Part shown: in pieces, positions 1-9,871 of the stretch
Position numbering within the stretch: position 1 is the stretch's first letter
How the letters are laid out: each line of letters begins with the position of its first letter
Assembly: GCA_963803435.1 (NCBI GenBank)
Contig: CAWDML010000001.1
Coordinates: forward strand, 3,136,001-3,200,000
DNA length: 64,000 nt
From: an uncultured delta proteobacterium
GTDB taxonomy: Bacteria > Myxococcota > Kuafuiibacteriia > Kuafuiibacteriales > Kuafuiibacteriaceae
Direction of reading: 5' to 3'
The notes under the pieces: model-generated
What the model was told of the DNA's origin: nothing
What the model saw: only the letters and a program-made list of their open reading frames with translations
The model's database searches: none
Translations under genes and position numbers: made by a program

Positions 1-696
1 GCATCGGGACCAGGTGCGCGGTGAACCCGACCTGGACCGGGCGGCCGGCGGCGGCGGTGAGCGCGCGCTCGAATCTCGGGCGTGTGCTGGTGCGACGCGA
101 CGCGGTACGCACGGAGGTTCTCGGCCACCTCGGCGAAGAGGAGCGACTCCTCGGCCTTGCGGCCGGCGCCCGTCGCTCCACTCTTGCCGTCCAGGATGGC
201 CGGACCCTCGAACAGCTCGAGGAGCGGCGCCACCGCCAGCGCCGAGGCGGTGGCGTAACAGCCCGGGTTGGCCACCAGGCGCACGCTGTCGGGCATCGGG
301 ATCAGCTCGGGGAGCCCGTAGTGGGCCTCGCCGAGGAGCTCCGGGTGGGGATGCTCGAAGCCGTACCACTCCGGATACGCGCGCGGGTCCGGGAGGCGAA
401 AGGCGCCCGAAAGATTCGATCACCCGTAGCCCGCGCGCGAGGAGCTCGGGCACCAGGGTCACCGAGGTCTCGCTCGGGGTCGCCAAGAATGCAAGCTGAC
501 CTGCACCCGCCAGCTCGAAGGTCTCGGAGTGGGAGGTGAACGTCCCGGTCATCTCCGGGACGCGGTCGCCGATCGGCTTGCCGGCGTCGCGATCGGAGCT
601 GGCCGCGATCACGCGGGCCCGCGGGTGCCGGGCCAGGAGGCGCAGCAGCTCGAGGCCCGAGTACCCCGACGCTCCGAAGACGACGACCTCCGCCAT
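1..696 (-). CDS. argC: N-acetyl-gamma-glutamyl-phosphate reductase (5' part; runs off window start; frameshifted)
   Basis: Manual translation from ATG 696: MAEVVVFGASGYSGLELLRLLARHP (Rossmann GASGY), then after an indel near 415 ...AFRLPDPRAYPEWYG...YGLPEL...VANPGCYAT...DGKSGATGAGRK, all ArgC motifs. Not in the ORF track as one ORF. Confidence 0.9.
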   Translation of the reverse strand, partial: MAEVVVFGASGYSGLELLRLLARHPRARVIAASSDRDAGKPIGDRVPEMTGTFTSHSETFELAGAGQLAFLATPSETSVTLVPELLARGLRVIESFGRLSPPGPARVSGVVRLRASPPGAPRRGPLRAPRADPDARQRAPGGQPGLLRHRLGAGGGAAPRAVRGSGHPGRQEWSDGRRPQGRGVAPLRRGGREPPCVPRRVAPAHARDSSARSPPPPAARSRSGSPRTWSRC

Positions 697-728
697 TTCG
701 CCCAACAGAGCGCCCAAAGATCGGCGGG

Positions 729-2444
729 TCAATCGCGGATCTTGGAGAGATCAATCAGGGCCCAATGCCCCGTCTGGTGGACCACCGCCGGGCCAGGGAT
801 CTGCCGCATCAGCTCGTACGGCTGGCCTGGCCGCTGTCGGGCGAGCTCCTGGATCCAGCCGCCCATGGGCGGCATGTAGCCCGGCGGGCGGCCGCGGAGC
901 TGGTTCGTGTCGACCAGAATGTGCGTGACACCGAGCTCGTCGTGCAGCCGGATCAAGGGCTCCCGCGACTTCGCCAGATAGGCCTCGAAGAACGGGCGCA
1001 GGCGGCGCCGGACCTCGTCGAGGAACCCGAGGTGGTGCGGCTGGTGGAGCTCGCCGGTCATCAGCACCTGGCGGCGCGCCACGTAGGGGACGTTGCTCAT
1101 CGGATCGTCGGGCCAGCCCGCGATCATCACGCCCTCCGGTAGCTCCGCGATCGCCCGATACATCTCGGCGAGATCAGGCGGGACGTGCACCGACAGACCC
1201 GCGTTCGTGGAGCCGCGCCCACCCACGAACAGCATGAAGACGATCGCGAGCGGCACCGCGAGCGCGTTGCGGATCGGGGTGTGGATCCGCAGCGGCTTCA
1301 GATAGGAGAGCAGCCCGACGAACGCACCCGACGCCATCACCGCCAGCACCGGCGGCAATCCGTACTGCACGTAGCGATTCGGGACGTACGCGTAGGGCGC
1401 GGCCACCCGCGAGATCGTGTGTCCGATCGCGATCCCGGCGGCGAACGCGAGGACGCGCTGTGCCCGCACGTCGTCCTTGGCGAGGCGGTACCAGCCGAGA
1501 AGGAACAGGACGAGGATCAGCTCGAGCGCGCTCTGCTTCTGGCGCTCGGTCAGGTCGCGGAGCGGTCGCAGCCACGGCTCTCCCTGTCCGAAGAAGAGAC
1601 GGCGCGCGACCGCGTCGGTGTCCTCGAAGAAGGTCTTGTACGGCGGCAGATCCAGCGGACTCGAGGTTCCGGCCGGGCCGGCCTCCGGGTACTGCTGCCA
1701 GTCGCTCGGCTTGGAGACCGGCGCGTACGGCCGCTGCGAGAGCGCCAGCGGGAGGACCACGATCGCGGACGCCAGCGCGACCAGGACCGTGACCCGCAGG
1801 CGCTTCCCGAACCGCCAGCCCTCCGCGTCACCGCGGGACGCGGACGGGAGCAGAAACAGGTAGGCGGCGAACGCGATCCCGAGGACGGCGCCCGCCGAGG
1901 GATAGAACGCCGACGCCACCACCACCATGACGGCCGCCAGGCGCACACGGCCGTAGATGATCGCGACGAGCCCGACCGCGATCGCGGGGTGTGCGAAAGC
2001 CCGCGGCAAGCCTCCGCCCATCCGCTCCAGGTAGACGTCGGTGCCCAGCGTCAGCGCCATCGCGATCCACGCGCCGGTCTTACGGGCGAACGCGTGGCCC
2101 GCGATGCCGGCGGCGACCACGACGATCGGCAGCAAGAGATACGGGATCAGCTTGCTGAGCGGCTCGGCGTCCCAGAGCCAGCTCCCTACGGTGAAGAGCA
2201 CGCGATATCCGATCGGGATGTGCGTCGCCATCACGTAGTCGCCCAGGTAGTCGTTCGGAAACGCGGCCGGGTTGGAGTAGCGATAGAAGGGCCAGATCAC
2301 GATGCGCGCGTCGTCGTTGAACTGGAGCGGGTCGAGCGAGTTACGCGCGTGCGCGATCAGAGCCGGGAGGAACAGCCACACGAGTGAGCCGATCACCAGG
2401 AGCCAGCCGCCCCAGCGGAACAGCGGGCGATAGCGGCGCGTCAC
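729..2444 (-). CDS. Polytopic membrane protein, possibly GT-C-fold glycosyltransferase-like
   Basis: 571 aa ORF with about 10-12 hydrophobic segments, an acidic NDD motif after the first TM and a soluble C-terminal domain. Function is inferred only. Confidence 0.6.
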   Translation of the reverse strand: MTRRYRPLFRWGGWLLVIGSLVWLFLPALIAHARNSLDPLQFNDDARIVIWPFYRYSNPAAFPNDYLGDYVMATHIPIGYRVLFTVGSWLWDAEPLSKLIPYLLLPIVVVAAGIAGHAFARKTGAWIAMALTLGTDVYLERMGGGLPRAFAHPAIAVGLVAIIYGRVRLAAVMVVVASAFYPSAGAVLGIAFAAYLFLLPSASRGDAEGWRFGKRLRVTVLVALASAIVVLPLALSQRPYAPVSKPSDWQQYPEAGPAGTSSPLDLPPYKTFFEDTDAVARRLFFGQGEPWLRPLRDLTERQKQSALELILVLFLLGWYRLAKDDVRAQRVLAFAAGIAIGHTISRVAAPYAYVPNRYVQYGLPPVLAVMASGAFVGLLSYLKPLRIHTPIRNALAVPLAIVFMLFVGGRGSTNAGLSVHVPPDLAEMYRAIAELPEGVMIAGWPDDPMSNVPYVARRQVLMTGELHQPHHLGFLDEVRRRLRPFFEAYLAKSREPLIRLHDELGVTHILVDTNQLRGRPPGYMPPMGGWIQELARQRPGQPYELMRQIPGPAVVHQTGHWALIDLSKIRD

Positions 2445-2499
2445 GCTTGCCTTCTAGGCAACGCGGAGACGGGGAGCAAGCCGGCTTGCGCGCGTCGAG

Positions 2500-2515
2500 G
2501 TCCGAAAACGGCCAG
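2500..2515. promoter_or_regulatory. Possible Ada-type operator upstream of ada/alkA
   Basis: GTCCGAAAACGGCCAG lies about 30 bp upstream of the start; resembles a motif I recall upstream of ada-alkA fusion genes. Not verified. Confidence 0.25.
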
Positions 2516-2547
2516 ACATCCCGAGACCCGCGCGCTATGAATCAGGT

Positions 2548-4002
2548 GTGAGCCTCGACGCGGACACCTGCTATCGCGCGCTGAGAGCGAAGGACCCCCG
2601 GTTCGACGGGCTCTTCTTCGTGGGCGTGAAGACCACCGGGATCTACTGCCGCCCGATCTGCCCCGCGAGGACGCCGGCCCGGGAGCGGTGCACGTTCTAC
2701 GCGCTGCCGGCGGAGGCGGAGCGGGCGGGCTTCCGGGCCTGCTTCCGCTGCCGGCCCGAGCTGGCGCCGGGACGATCGTCGATCGAGTCGGTGCCCAGGC
2801 TGGTGTTGCGTGCCGCCGCGCGGATCGAGGCCGGGTACCTGAACGAGCACTCGATCGACGCGCTCGCGAAGGCGCTGGGCGTGACCGCGCGGCACCTCCG
2901 GCGTTCGATGGAGCGGGAGCTGGGCATCAACCCGATCGAGCTGGCCCAGACCCGGCGACTCGCGCTGGCCAAACAACTGCTCCAGGACAGCGCGATGCCG
3001 GTGGCGGAGGTAGCCTTCGCCTCGGGCTTCGCCAGCGTACGTCGCTTCAACGCGGTGTTCGCGGACCGCTTCGGGCAGACGCCTTCGTCGCTCCGCCGCG
3101 GACGCACCAGGGTCGGAGCCGTGGCGACGGACTCGATCGTGCTGCGCCTCGATCACCGCCCGCCGTTGGAGTATGGGACGCTGCTCCGCTTCCTCCGCGA
3201 TCGTGCGATCCCGGGCGTGGAGAGCGTCGAGGGCGATCGATACCGGCGGTCCGTCGCCATCGGACGCAGCTCGGGCTGGCTGGAGGTCGGGCCGGTCTCC
3301 GATCGGAGCGCGCTCCAGGCGCGCGTGTCGGCGTCGCTGGCGCCACACCTCATGGAGATCGCGGCGCGCCTGCGCGCCCTGTTCGATCTCGACGCGCGGC
3401 CGGACGCGGTCGACGGGCACCTCGCACAGGACCAGCTCTTGGCGCCGTGGATCGCGGCGCGGCCCGGGCTCCGCGTGCCCGGTGCGTTCGACGGCTTCGA
3501 GGTGGGGGCCCGGGCGATCCTGGGGCAGCAGGTCTCGGTGCGCGCTGCGACGACCCTGAGCGGCCGGCTGGTCGAGCGGTTCGGCGCGCCGATCGAGGAC
3601 GGTCTTTCGGGGATCGACCGCACGTTCCCCTCGGCGGAGACGTTGGCGGGCGCGGGCGCGGCCGCAGTGAAGCGCATCGGCCTCACGCAGGAGCGGGCGC
3701 AGACGATCGTCGCGCTGTCACAGGCGGTCGCGGACGGTCGGATCGATCTCTCGGAGGGCGCGGATCCCGAACGATCGATCGAAGAGCTGCAACAGGTCCG
3801 CGGGATCGGATCCTGGACCGCCCACTACCTGGCGATGCGGGCGCTCCGATGGCCCAACGCATTCCCGAGCGGCGACCTCGTGCTCAAGCGCGCCCTCGGC
3901 GTCAAGACGGCGCGGCAGGCCGAGGCGCGCGCCGCCGCCTGGCAGCCCTGGCGGGCCTACGGCGTCATGCACGTGTTCAGCTCGGTCACGAAGGGAGAGT
4001 GA
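2548..4002 (+). CDS. alkA: Ada/AlkA fusion: Ada Zn-binding domain + AraC HTH + DNA-3-methyladenine glycosylase II
   Basis: DPRFDGLFFVGVKTTGIYCRPICP...FRACFRCRP (Ada Zn site), AraC-like HTH (EVAFASGFASVRRFN), HhH motif RGIGSWTAHY, WQPWRAY. Confidence 0.92.
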   Translation: MSLDADTCYRALRAKDPRFDGLFFVGVKTTGIYCRPICPARTPARERCTFYALPAEAERAGFRACFRCRPELAPGRSSIESVPRLVLRAAARIEAGYLNEHSIDALAKALGVTARHLRRSMERELGINPIELAQTRRLALAKQLLQDSAMPVAEVAFASGFASVRRFNAVFADRFGQTPSSLRRGRTRVGAVATDSIVLRLDHRPPLEYGTLLRFLRDRAIPGVESVEGDRYRRSVAIGRSSGWLEVGPVSDRSALQARVSASLAPHLMEIAARLRALFDLDARPDAVDGHLAQDQLLAPWIAARPGLRVPGAFDGFEVGARAILGQQVSVRAATTLSGRLVERFGAPIEDGLSGIDRTFPSAETLAGAGAAAVKRIGLTQERAQTIVALSQAVADGRIDLSEGADPERSIEELQQVRGIGSWTAHYLAMRALRWPNAFPSGDLVLKRALGVKTARQAEARAAAWQPWRAYGVMHVFSSVTKGE

Positions 4003-4006
4003 GCTC

Positions 4007-4546
4007 ATGTATTCACAGAAGAGATTCGAGTCCCCGGTCGGGTGCCTGCGGCTCATCGCGGGCGAGCGCGCCCTGGTCGGCGTCTACTTCCCCGACCACC
4101 ACCCTGCGCCGTCGATCGAGGCCGAGGACCAAGACGACCACCCGATCCTCGAGCAGGCCGCACGCGAGCTCGACGAGTACTTTTGCGGCCGGCGCCGGGA
4201 GTTCACGACGCCGCTGTCCCTCGAGCACGGCACGCACTTCCAGCGCTCGGTCTGGTCGGCGCTCGAGGCGATCCCGTTCGGCTCGACGCGCTCGTACGCA
4301 GAGCTGGCGCGCGCGATCGGCCGGACCCGCGCAGTCCGTGCCGTCGGCGCGGCGAACGGCCGGAACCCGATCTCGATCCTCGTGCCCTGCCACCGCGTCG
4401 TCGGCGCCGACGGCAGCTTGACGGGTTACGCCGGCGGCACGAACGCGAAGCGCTGGTTGCTCACCCACGAGCGCTCGACGACTCGGTCGCGGAGCCAGCC
4501 CGGGTCGCGATCACTCGATCGATCTCATTTGTGGATCGAGCCCTAG
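4007..4546 (+). CDS. ogt: Methylated-DNA--protein-cysteine methyltransferase
   Basis: GTHFQRSVW...IPFGSTRSY...RAVGAANGRNPISILVPCHRVVG (PCHR active site); directly follows alkA. Confidence 0.95.
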   Translation: MYSQKRFESPVGCLRLIAGERALVGVYFPDHHPAPSIEAEDQDDHPILEQAARELDEYFCGRRREFTTPLSLEHGTHFQRSVWSALEAIPFGSTRSYAELARAIGRTRAVRAVGAANGRNPISILVPCHRVVGADGSLTGYAGGTNAKRWLLTHERSTTRSRSQPGSRSLDRSHLWIEP

Positions 4547-4612
4547 GAGCGTGTAGCGCGTAAGCGCTCACGCGACCCCGGTCCGGGTCCCGGTCCCGGT
4601 CCGGGTCCCGAT
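4543..4612 (+). repeat. Left inverted repeat (about 70 bp) containing CCCGGT/CCGGGT hexamer tandem repeats
   Basis: ctaggagcgtgtagcgcgtaagcgctcacgcgaccccggtccgggtcccggtcccggtccgggtcccgat. Confidence 0.9.
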
Positions 4613-4619
4613 CTGAAGA

Positions 4620-5505
4620 TGGCTGCCTTCAAGATCCTGCTGTCTGAGTCGGTGAAGTTCCTCTGAGCGTGGGGCCTCGGTGTGCCGTCCACATTTGCAG
4701 GAACGCGATGATGCGGCCATCCATCATTTCGTTCAGTTGGGTCTGGGGATGGTTCGAGCTGGTCAGCCTGCGCTCTTGCCTTCTCGGCTCGAGTTCTCGC
4801 TCGCTTCTGCTCCACCCGATCCACAAGAGCATCATCCGCTTTGCTCTGCTGCTCTTCGGCTTGCCTGCGCAATTTCTCCGCGCGAGCCCTGGCGGCATCC
4901 TGTTCCAGCGCAGCCTTCGCTTCTCGAATGCGGGCAAGGCGGGATTCACGGCGAGCGAGCTCCGCTGGGATGTCCTCTTCAGTCTCTTCAACGCCCAGCC
5001 GCTCGTCTTCCTCTTGGTCGATCGTGCGCGCTCGCTCCAGCAGTTCTTCGATCTCGAGAGACAGCCGCTTCTCCTCCTCGGCCATCCGCTCGTAGGTCAT
5101 CGCCTTGTGCTTGCTCGCGTTCGCCTGCACCTTCGAGCCATCGAGTGCGACGTGTCCGAGCCGCACCAAACCTGCTTTCTGGCAAAGCTTCAGGACTTCG
5201 AGGAAGAGCGCTTTCAGTGCCTCCAGGTGGACGAGCCGAAACTCGTTGATCGTCGTGAAGTGGGGATGACTTTCTCCAGCCAGCACCCGGAATGGAATGT
5301 CTTCGTAGGTCGCCCGCGCGATCCTCCGCGACGAATAGATGCCGGTGCAGTAGGCGTACAGAAGCAGCGCGATCATCATTCGAGGCGAGTACGGTCGCTC
5401 GCCTCGCGGGTCCTTGGACTGGATCGAGATCACGATCGCGCTCAGCTCTACCTCATCGACGACGTCCAAGACGAAGTACGCGAGATGATTTTCTGGGAGC
5501 CAACC
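4620..5505 (-). pseudogene. IS1182-family transposase fragment (N-terminal half; C-terminal catalytic part missing)
   Basis: WLPENHLAYFVLDVVDE...PYSPRMMIALLLYAYCTGIYSSRRI...HPHFTTINEFR...GHVALDGSKVQANASKHKAM...NFTDSDSRILK, then reads into the inverted repeat (GPGPGPG). Confidence 0.85.
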
Positions 5506-5556
5506 TCCAAGAACTTCTGCTGGTCAAAGTGGACGAGCTACCGCAAGCTAGCTTGC

Positions 5557-5925
5557 ATGGTCACTTTCGATCACGAGAAGCTCGAGGTCTACCAGCTCGC
5601 CGTCGAGTATGCCGACATCGCTGAAGAGATCGCACAAGAACTGCAACCCGGTCACGCTCACGTCCGCGATCAGCTTCGGCGGGCATCCGATTCCATCGTG
5701 AACAACACCGCCGAGGGCGCCGGAGAGTTCAATCCACCTGAGAAGGCTCGCTTCTACCGGATGGCACTTCGCTCTGGCACCGAAAGCGCCGCCTCACTCC
5801 ATACCTGCTTGAGGCGCCGACTCGCCAACGGGCAGAAGGTCCAAGCCGCCAGAGCCAACCTCAAGCGCGTTGTCGAGATGCTCACGCGCCTCATCAAGTC
5901 GATGAACGCACGCCGGGCTGCATGA
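5557..5925 (+). CDS. Four-helix-bundle protein (23S rRNA IVP / Avd-like fold family)
   Basis: MVTFDHEKLEVYQLAVE...DQLRRASDSIVNNTAEGAG...KARFYRMALRSGTESAA; 122 aa, typical family motifs. Confidence 0.9.
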   Translation: MVTFDHEKLEVYQLAVEYADIAEEIAQELQPGHAHVRDQLRRASDSIVNNTAEGAGEFNPPEKARFYRMALRSGTESAASLHTCLRRRLANGQKVQAARANLKRVVEMLTRLIKSMNARRAA

Positions 5926-5930
5926 TCGCC

Positions 5931-5999
5931 ATCGGGACCGGGACCGGGACCGGGACCCGGACCGGGCTCGCGGTAGCGCTACGCGCTACACGCTCCTAG
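5931..5999 (-). repeat. Right inverted repeat (about 69 bp) containing GGGACC hexamer tandem repeats
   Basis: atcgggaccgggaccgggaccgggacccggaccgggctcgcggtagcgctacgcgctacacgctcctag; reverse complement of 4543-4612 with a few mismatches. Confidence 0.9.
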
Positions 6000-7771
6000 C
6001 GAAGCTTGATCAGCACGTGCTTGCCCTCGCGGATCCAGACCGTGCTGCTCCAGCGGGGCTTGGGATCCTTGCCGCGGGTGAGGGCGACCCGGTGACGGCC
6101 CGCCTTCAGGCGGTAGTGATCGAGGGGGGTCGCGCCTGCGCGATGGCCGTCGACGAGGATCGCGCCGCCCGGACGCGCTGCGATCGAGAGCGTTCCGTAG
6201 ATCAGCTTCTTCGAGCGCGGCGGGCTGCGCTTCGCGACCGGCTTCACCGCGCGCCGTCGCGGCGGTGGGGCCGTGTGGCGCGGCGGCGGTGTCTCGACCT
6301 TCGTCGGCGGCGGCGGATCCTTCTTGTCCGGGATCGGCGGCGTCTCCGTCACGGCCTCGGGCGGCGGAGGCGTGCGCGTGCCGATCAGGGTGGCCGGCGC
6401 GACCGTCGCGGTGGTGATCCCGACCAGCGCGTGGACGTCGATCGGGTCGGGGACCTCGGGCGGCTGATCGGGCTGATCGGGCGGCTCGTTGGTGTCGTCG
6501 GTCGCCTCGAGCGCCTCCGGATCCGGATCCTCCTCCTCGATGCGCTCCTGCTCGGTCCGATCGATCTCCGGATCGTCGTCGAAGGCGTCGGCCCCCTGTG
6601 CGATCACGTCGGAGATCATCGGCTTGGCCTCGTCGGTGGCCCAGCTGGCGAAGCGGGACGCGTTCTCCTCGACGAGGGAGGGGAACAGCAGCCATGCGCC
6701 GGCCGTCAGGGCCGCCAGGATGATGGCGAGCCCGACCATGCGACCGCTCTTGCGGGGGCGCTCGGGGACGAAGCTGATCAGCGCCGAATCCACCAATCCA
6801 GCCGCCTCGCCGGTCTTCGAGGGCGTGGCGGCGGGACGGTCTGCCTTGGTCTGATCCGGCTGCGTCGCCGGGGTTGGACCGGTCGGCGCGTCCATCACCG
6901 ACTGCAGCCAGTTGCGGTGGTGCTCCTTGTCCTCCTCGAGCTCGCGCTCGGCGAAGGACTCCAGCGACTCACCGCCGGCCGCGGACAGGTACGCCTCCAG
7001 CGCCGCCGCCATCTCCTTGGCGTCCGCGTACCGCGAGCGCGGGACCTTCATCAGGCCCTTCATCACGATCGTCTCCAGCTGCTTGGGAACCGACGGGATG
7101 ATCGTGGAGGGCTTGGGGACCTTGCGCCGCGTGGTGGCGTCGGCGAGACCGCCCTTCCCCTTCGAGAACAGGCGGCGCCCGGTGAGCAGCTCGTGCATCA
7201 CGACCGCGAGCGAGTAGAGATTGCTGCGCCGGTCCGCCGACTGCCCGGCGATCTGTTCGGGCGCGATGTAGGCGAGCTTGCCCTTGAAGAGGCCGGTCTG
7301 GGTCGTCGTCGCCTCGCGCTCGAACATGAAGGCGACGCCGAAGTCGAGGATCTTGATCCGGCCGTCGAACGTCAGCATCACATTCTGCGGGCTCACGTCG
7401 CGATGCACGACGCCGAGCGGCTTGCCGTCGAGGTCGGCCAGCTCGTGCGCGGCGTGCAGGCCCCGGCAGACCTCCACCCCGATCCGGGCGACGATCGCCG
7501 GGGGAAGGGGGCCCTGCCGCTTCTGCATCAGCTTGCTGAGCGGGACACCCGGGACGTATTCCAGCGCGAGGTAGAGCCCGCCGGCCTGCTCGACGAAGTC
7601 GTACACCTGCGCCACCGCGGGGTAATCGAGCCGCGCTAGGAGCCGGGCCTCGTCCAGGAACATCCGGCGCATCTCCTCGTGCTGGAGGAGATCCGGCCGG
7701 ATGGTTTTGAGGGCGATGAGCTTCTCGAAGCCGTGCGCACCCTTGCGGCGGGCGAGGTGAACCTCCCCCAT
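5996..7771 (-). CDS. Membrane Ser/Thr protein kinase with C-terminal PEGA-like domain (true start probably slightly upstream)
   Basis: GGMGEVHLA, ALKTI, VVHRDVSPQN, DFG, YIAPEQ; one TM segment; Pro/Asp-rich linker; C-terminal GTLSIAARPGGAILVDG...GATPL. Confidence 0.92.
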   Translation of the reverse strand: MGEVHLARRKGAHGFEKLIALKTIRPDLLQHEEMRRMFLDEARLLARLDYPAVAQVYDFVEQAGGLYLALEYVPGVPLSKLMQKRQGPLPPAIVARIGVEVCRGLHAAHELADLDGKPLGVVHRDVSPQNVMLTFDGRIKILDFGVAFMFEREATTTQTGLFKGKLAYIAPEQIAGQSADRRSNLYSLAVVMHELLTGRRLFSKGKGGLADATTRRKVPKPSTIIPSVPKQLETIVMKGLMKVPRSRYADAKEMAAALEAYLSAAGGESLESFAERELEEDKEHHRNWLQSVMDAPTGPTPATQPDQTKADRPAATPSKTGEAAGLVDSALISFVPERPRKSGRMVGLAIILAALTAGAWLLFPSLVEENASRFASWATDEAKPMISDVIAQGADAFDDDPEIDRTEQERIEEEDPDPEALEATDDTNEPPDQPDQPPEVPDPIDVHALVGITTATVAPATLIGTRTPPPPEAVTETPPIPDKKDPPPPTKVETPPPRHTAPPPRRRAVKPVAKRSPPRSKKLIYGTLSIAARPGGAILVDGHRAGATPLDHYRLKAGRHRVALTRGKDPKPRWSSTVWIREGKHVLIKLR

Positions 7772-7931
7772 CCCACCGACCGAGAGCGGTGCGAGGATTC
7801 TCGAACTGCCCCGTCGTCGAAATTTCGCGCGCCCGGTTCATCAGGCGACCCGACAATACCCAAAGGCGGGGGCAAACAGGTAGCGGGGTTTGTTCCTTGC
7901 CTCCCGTTCGGGCGAATAGCAGCATCCGACC

Positions 7932-9862
7932 ATGCGGCCGGGGGCGTGGATGTGCACCCTGATCCTCCTCACAGCCTGTGGGGAGGAAGTGACCGTCCAG
8001 GTGGAAGGCGCCGGGCGGGTGACGTCGAGCCCTCCCGGGATCGATTGTGGCGTGTCCTGCCGGACGAAGGTCAAGTCCGGCTCGCAACTCCAATTGACGG
8101 CACAGCCGTTGAGCGGGTCGATCTTTTCGGGATGGGGCGGCCCGTGCTCAGGCCAGCCGGCGACCTGCACGATCCAAGTCGATGCACCGGTCACCGTCAC
8201 CGTGAAGATCTCGAAGCTGCATCGCGTCGAGATCCAGCGGAAGGGTGACGGCAAGGGGGTCATCACCTCGACGCCGCCCGGGATTGAGTGCGGCGAGAAG
8301 TGCAGCGCCGAGTTCCCGGACGGGACGCCACTCTCGCTCAACGTCAAGCCGGAGATCGGAGTGCGCGTCGTTCAGGTTGGACCGTGCGGCACCACCGTGC
8401 CGTGCACGCTCAAGGTGAGCTCGCCCCTCACGGTGCGTGTCGATCTCGACGTGGTCCTGGGCGCGCTCCTCTCGGCCGAACGCATCGACGAGGAGGGCGG
8501 CGGCGCCTTCGCGCTCGATCCGAACGGCGAGGCCGTCTGGAGCAAGGAGCAGCGCCTCGAGACCTTCGGCCCCGACGGCAAGCGCACGAGAAGGATTCGC
8601 TCGCCGAGTCGAAGGTCCTCACCCCGAAGGCGCTCGCCCCCCGTCCCGACGGCACCATCGTCGTCGCCGGCGACGGCGCCGAGACCTCGGTGGCCGCCTC
8701 GGTGCGCTCGACCGGCGCCCCCGCGTGGTCCACGGAGCTGCCGGGCAGCGTGCTCGGCGCCGGGGCGTGGGCCAAGGGCTCGGTGGTCGCGCTCGCGATC
8801 GACGACCGGGTTCAGATCGGCGACCGGACCTTCGGCGCCCGGAAGAAGAACGACGTCGTCATGGTATGGCTCGACGAGACGGGCAAGGTCTCCGACGCCG
8901 TCGCGCTCAAGCTTCCGATTACCGCCGAGACCGCCGCGTTCACGGTCGACGCGCGGGGCGCCGGGATCATCGCGGTGAAGGTGGGCAAGAAGCACGTGCT
9001 GGCCAAGGCCTCCAGGACGGAGGTCATCCCGCGAAGCCAGGACGGCGAGAGCGGGAAGGCCTCCAGGACGGAGGTCATCCCGCGAAGCCAGGACGGCGAG
9101 AGCGGGAAGGCCTCCAGGACGGAGGTCATCCCGCGAAGCCAGGACGGCGAGAGCGGGAAGGCCTCCGGCGCCGAAGGGCAGAGCTGGACGGTGAAGCTCG
9201 GTGAGCTCGAGCGCGCCTCGGTGGTCACGAACTCGGCCGGCGACGTCTGGCTGGCGGGGACCGCCCTCTCTCTGGAGGACGACCTCCAGGAGGCGGGCGC
9301 CAAGATCGACAAGAAGCGCACACCGTGCGGGGACACCGGTTTCGGCTTCGTGGCCCGGTTCGACGCCGCCGGCCAGGTCCAGAGCGCCCGCGTGCTGGAG
9401 CGCGGGGTCGCAGGGTTCGGGCTCGATCCGGGCGGTCAGCCGATGGTGGCGGTCGAGTTCGTCGGCGACGTCTCCACCGCCACGGGCGCGTTCACCTCCG
9501 CCGGATATGCGGCCAAGACGGCCGACTGCGATCAGCTATGTGAGAAGAGCTGCTCGGGAGAGAAGGCGCCGGAGGAGTGCGAGCGATGCAAGGCATCCTG
9601 CACCACCGGGCGCGCCAGCGCGATCAATGACGCCGTCTGCAGCTCTCAGCCCGATGTCCTCATCGGCGCGATCACGCCCACCTTCGACTTCGCCTGGGCG
9701 CGACAGCTCAGCGTCGAGGGCGAGCTCTCGATCGAGGGCTTCGGAGTGACCGGCGCCGGGCTCACCTACGTCGCAGCGATGAGCGCCGGTCGCATTCGCG
9801 TGATCGGCGGGGCGAGAGAGGCCACGCTGCCGAGCGGCGTCTCGCTGCTCGTGTTCCGGTAG
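7932..9862 (+). CDS. Lipoprotein with two InlB B-repeat-like domains and a beta-propeller-like region (frameshift near 8600)
   Basis: Lipobox LLTAC; two G.G.VTS.PPGI.CG..C repeats; continues in the 8288..9862 frame after about 8600. Confidence 0.7.
9005..9166 (+). repeat. Perfect 51-bp tandem repeat, 3 copies plus 9 bp, in frame (KASRTEVIPRSQDGESG x3)
   Basis: Unit aaggcctccaggacggaggtcatcccgcgaagccaggacggcgagagcggg at 9005, 9056 and 9107; aaggcctcc again at 9158. Confidence 0.95.
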
Positions 9863-9871
9863 CGCGATCGC

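Larger units (their letters stand above)
4543..5999. mobile_element. Non-autonomous inverted-repeat-flanked element with CTAG at both ends, carrying an IS1182 fragment and a four-helix-bundle gene
   Basis: 4543-4612 and 5931-5999 are near-perfect reverse complements (CTAGGAGCGTGTAGCGCGTA...(GGTCCC-like)n GAT); CTAG at 4543-4546 and 5996-5999; interior is visibly lower in GC than the flanks. Confidence 0.7.

Noticed and set aside
4669-5556. N-terminal extension of the four-helix-bundle ORF (418 aa in the track)
   Set aside because: It is the antisense shadow of the IS1182 fragment; family similarity begins at ATG 5557.
5557-5925. Diversity-generating retroelement (Avd) or 23S rRNA intervening sequence
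   Set aside because: The fold family is shared, but I see no reverse transcriptase, TR/VR pair or rRNA sequence in the window.
9005-9166. CRISPR array
   Set aside because: Copies are contiguous and identical with no unique spacers, lie in frame within a CDS, and no cas genes are present.
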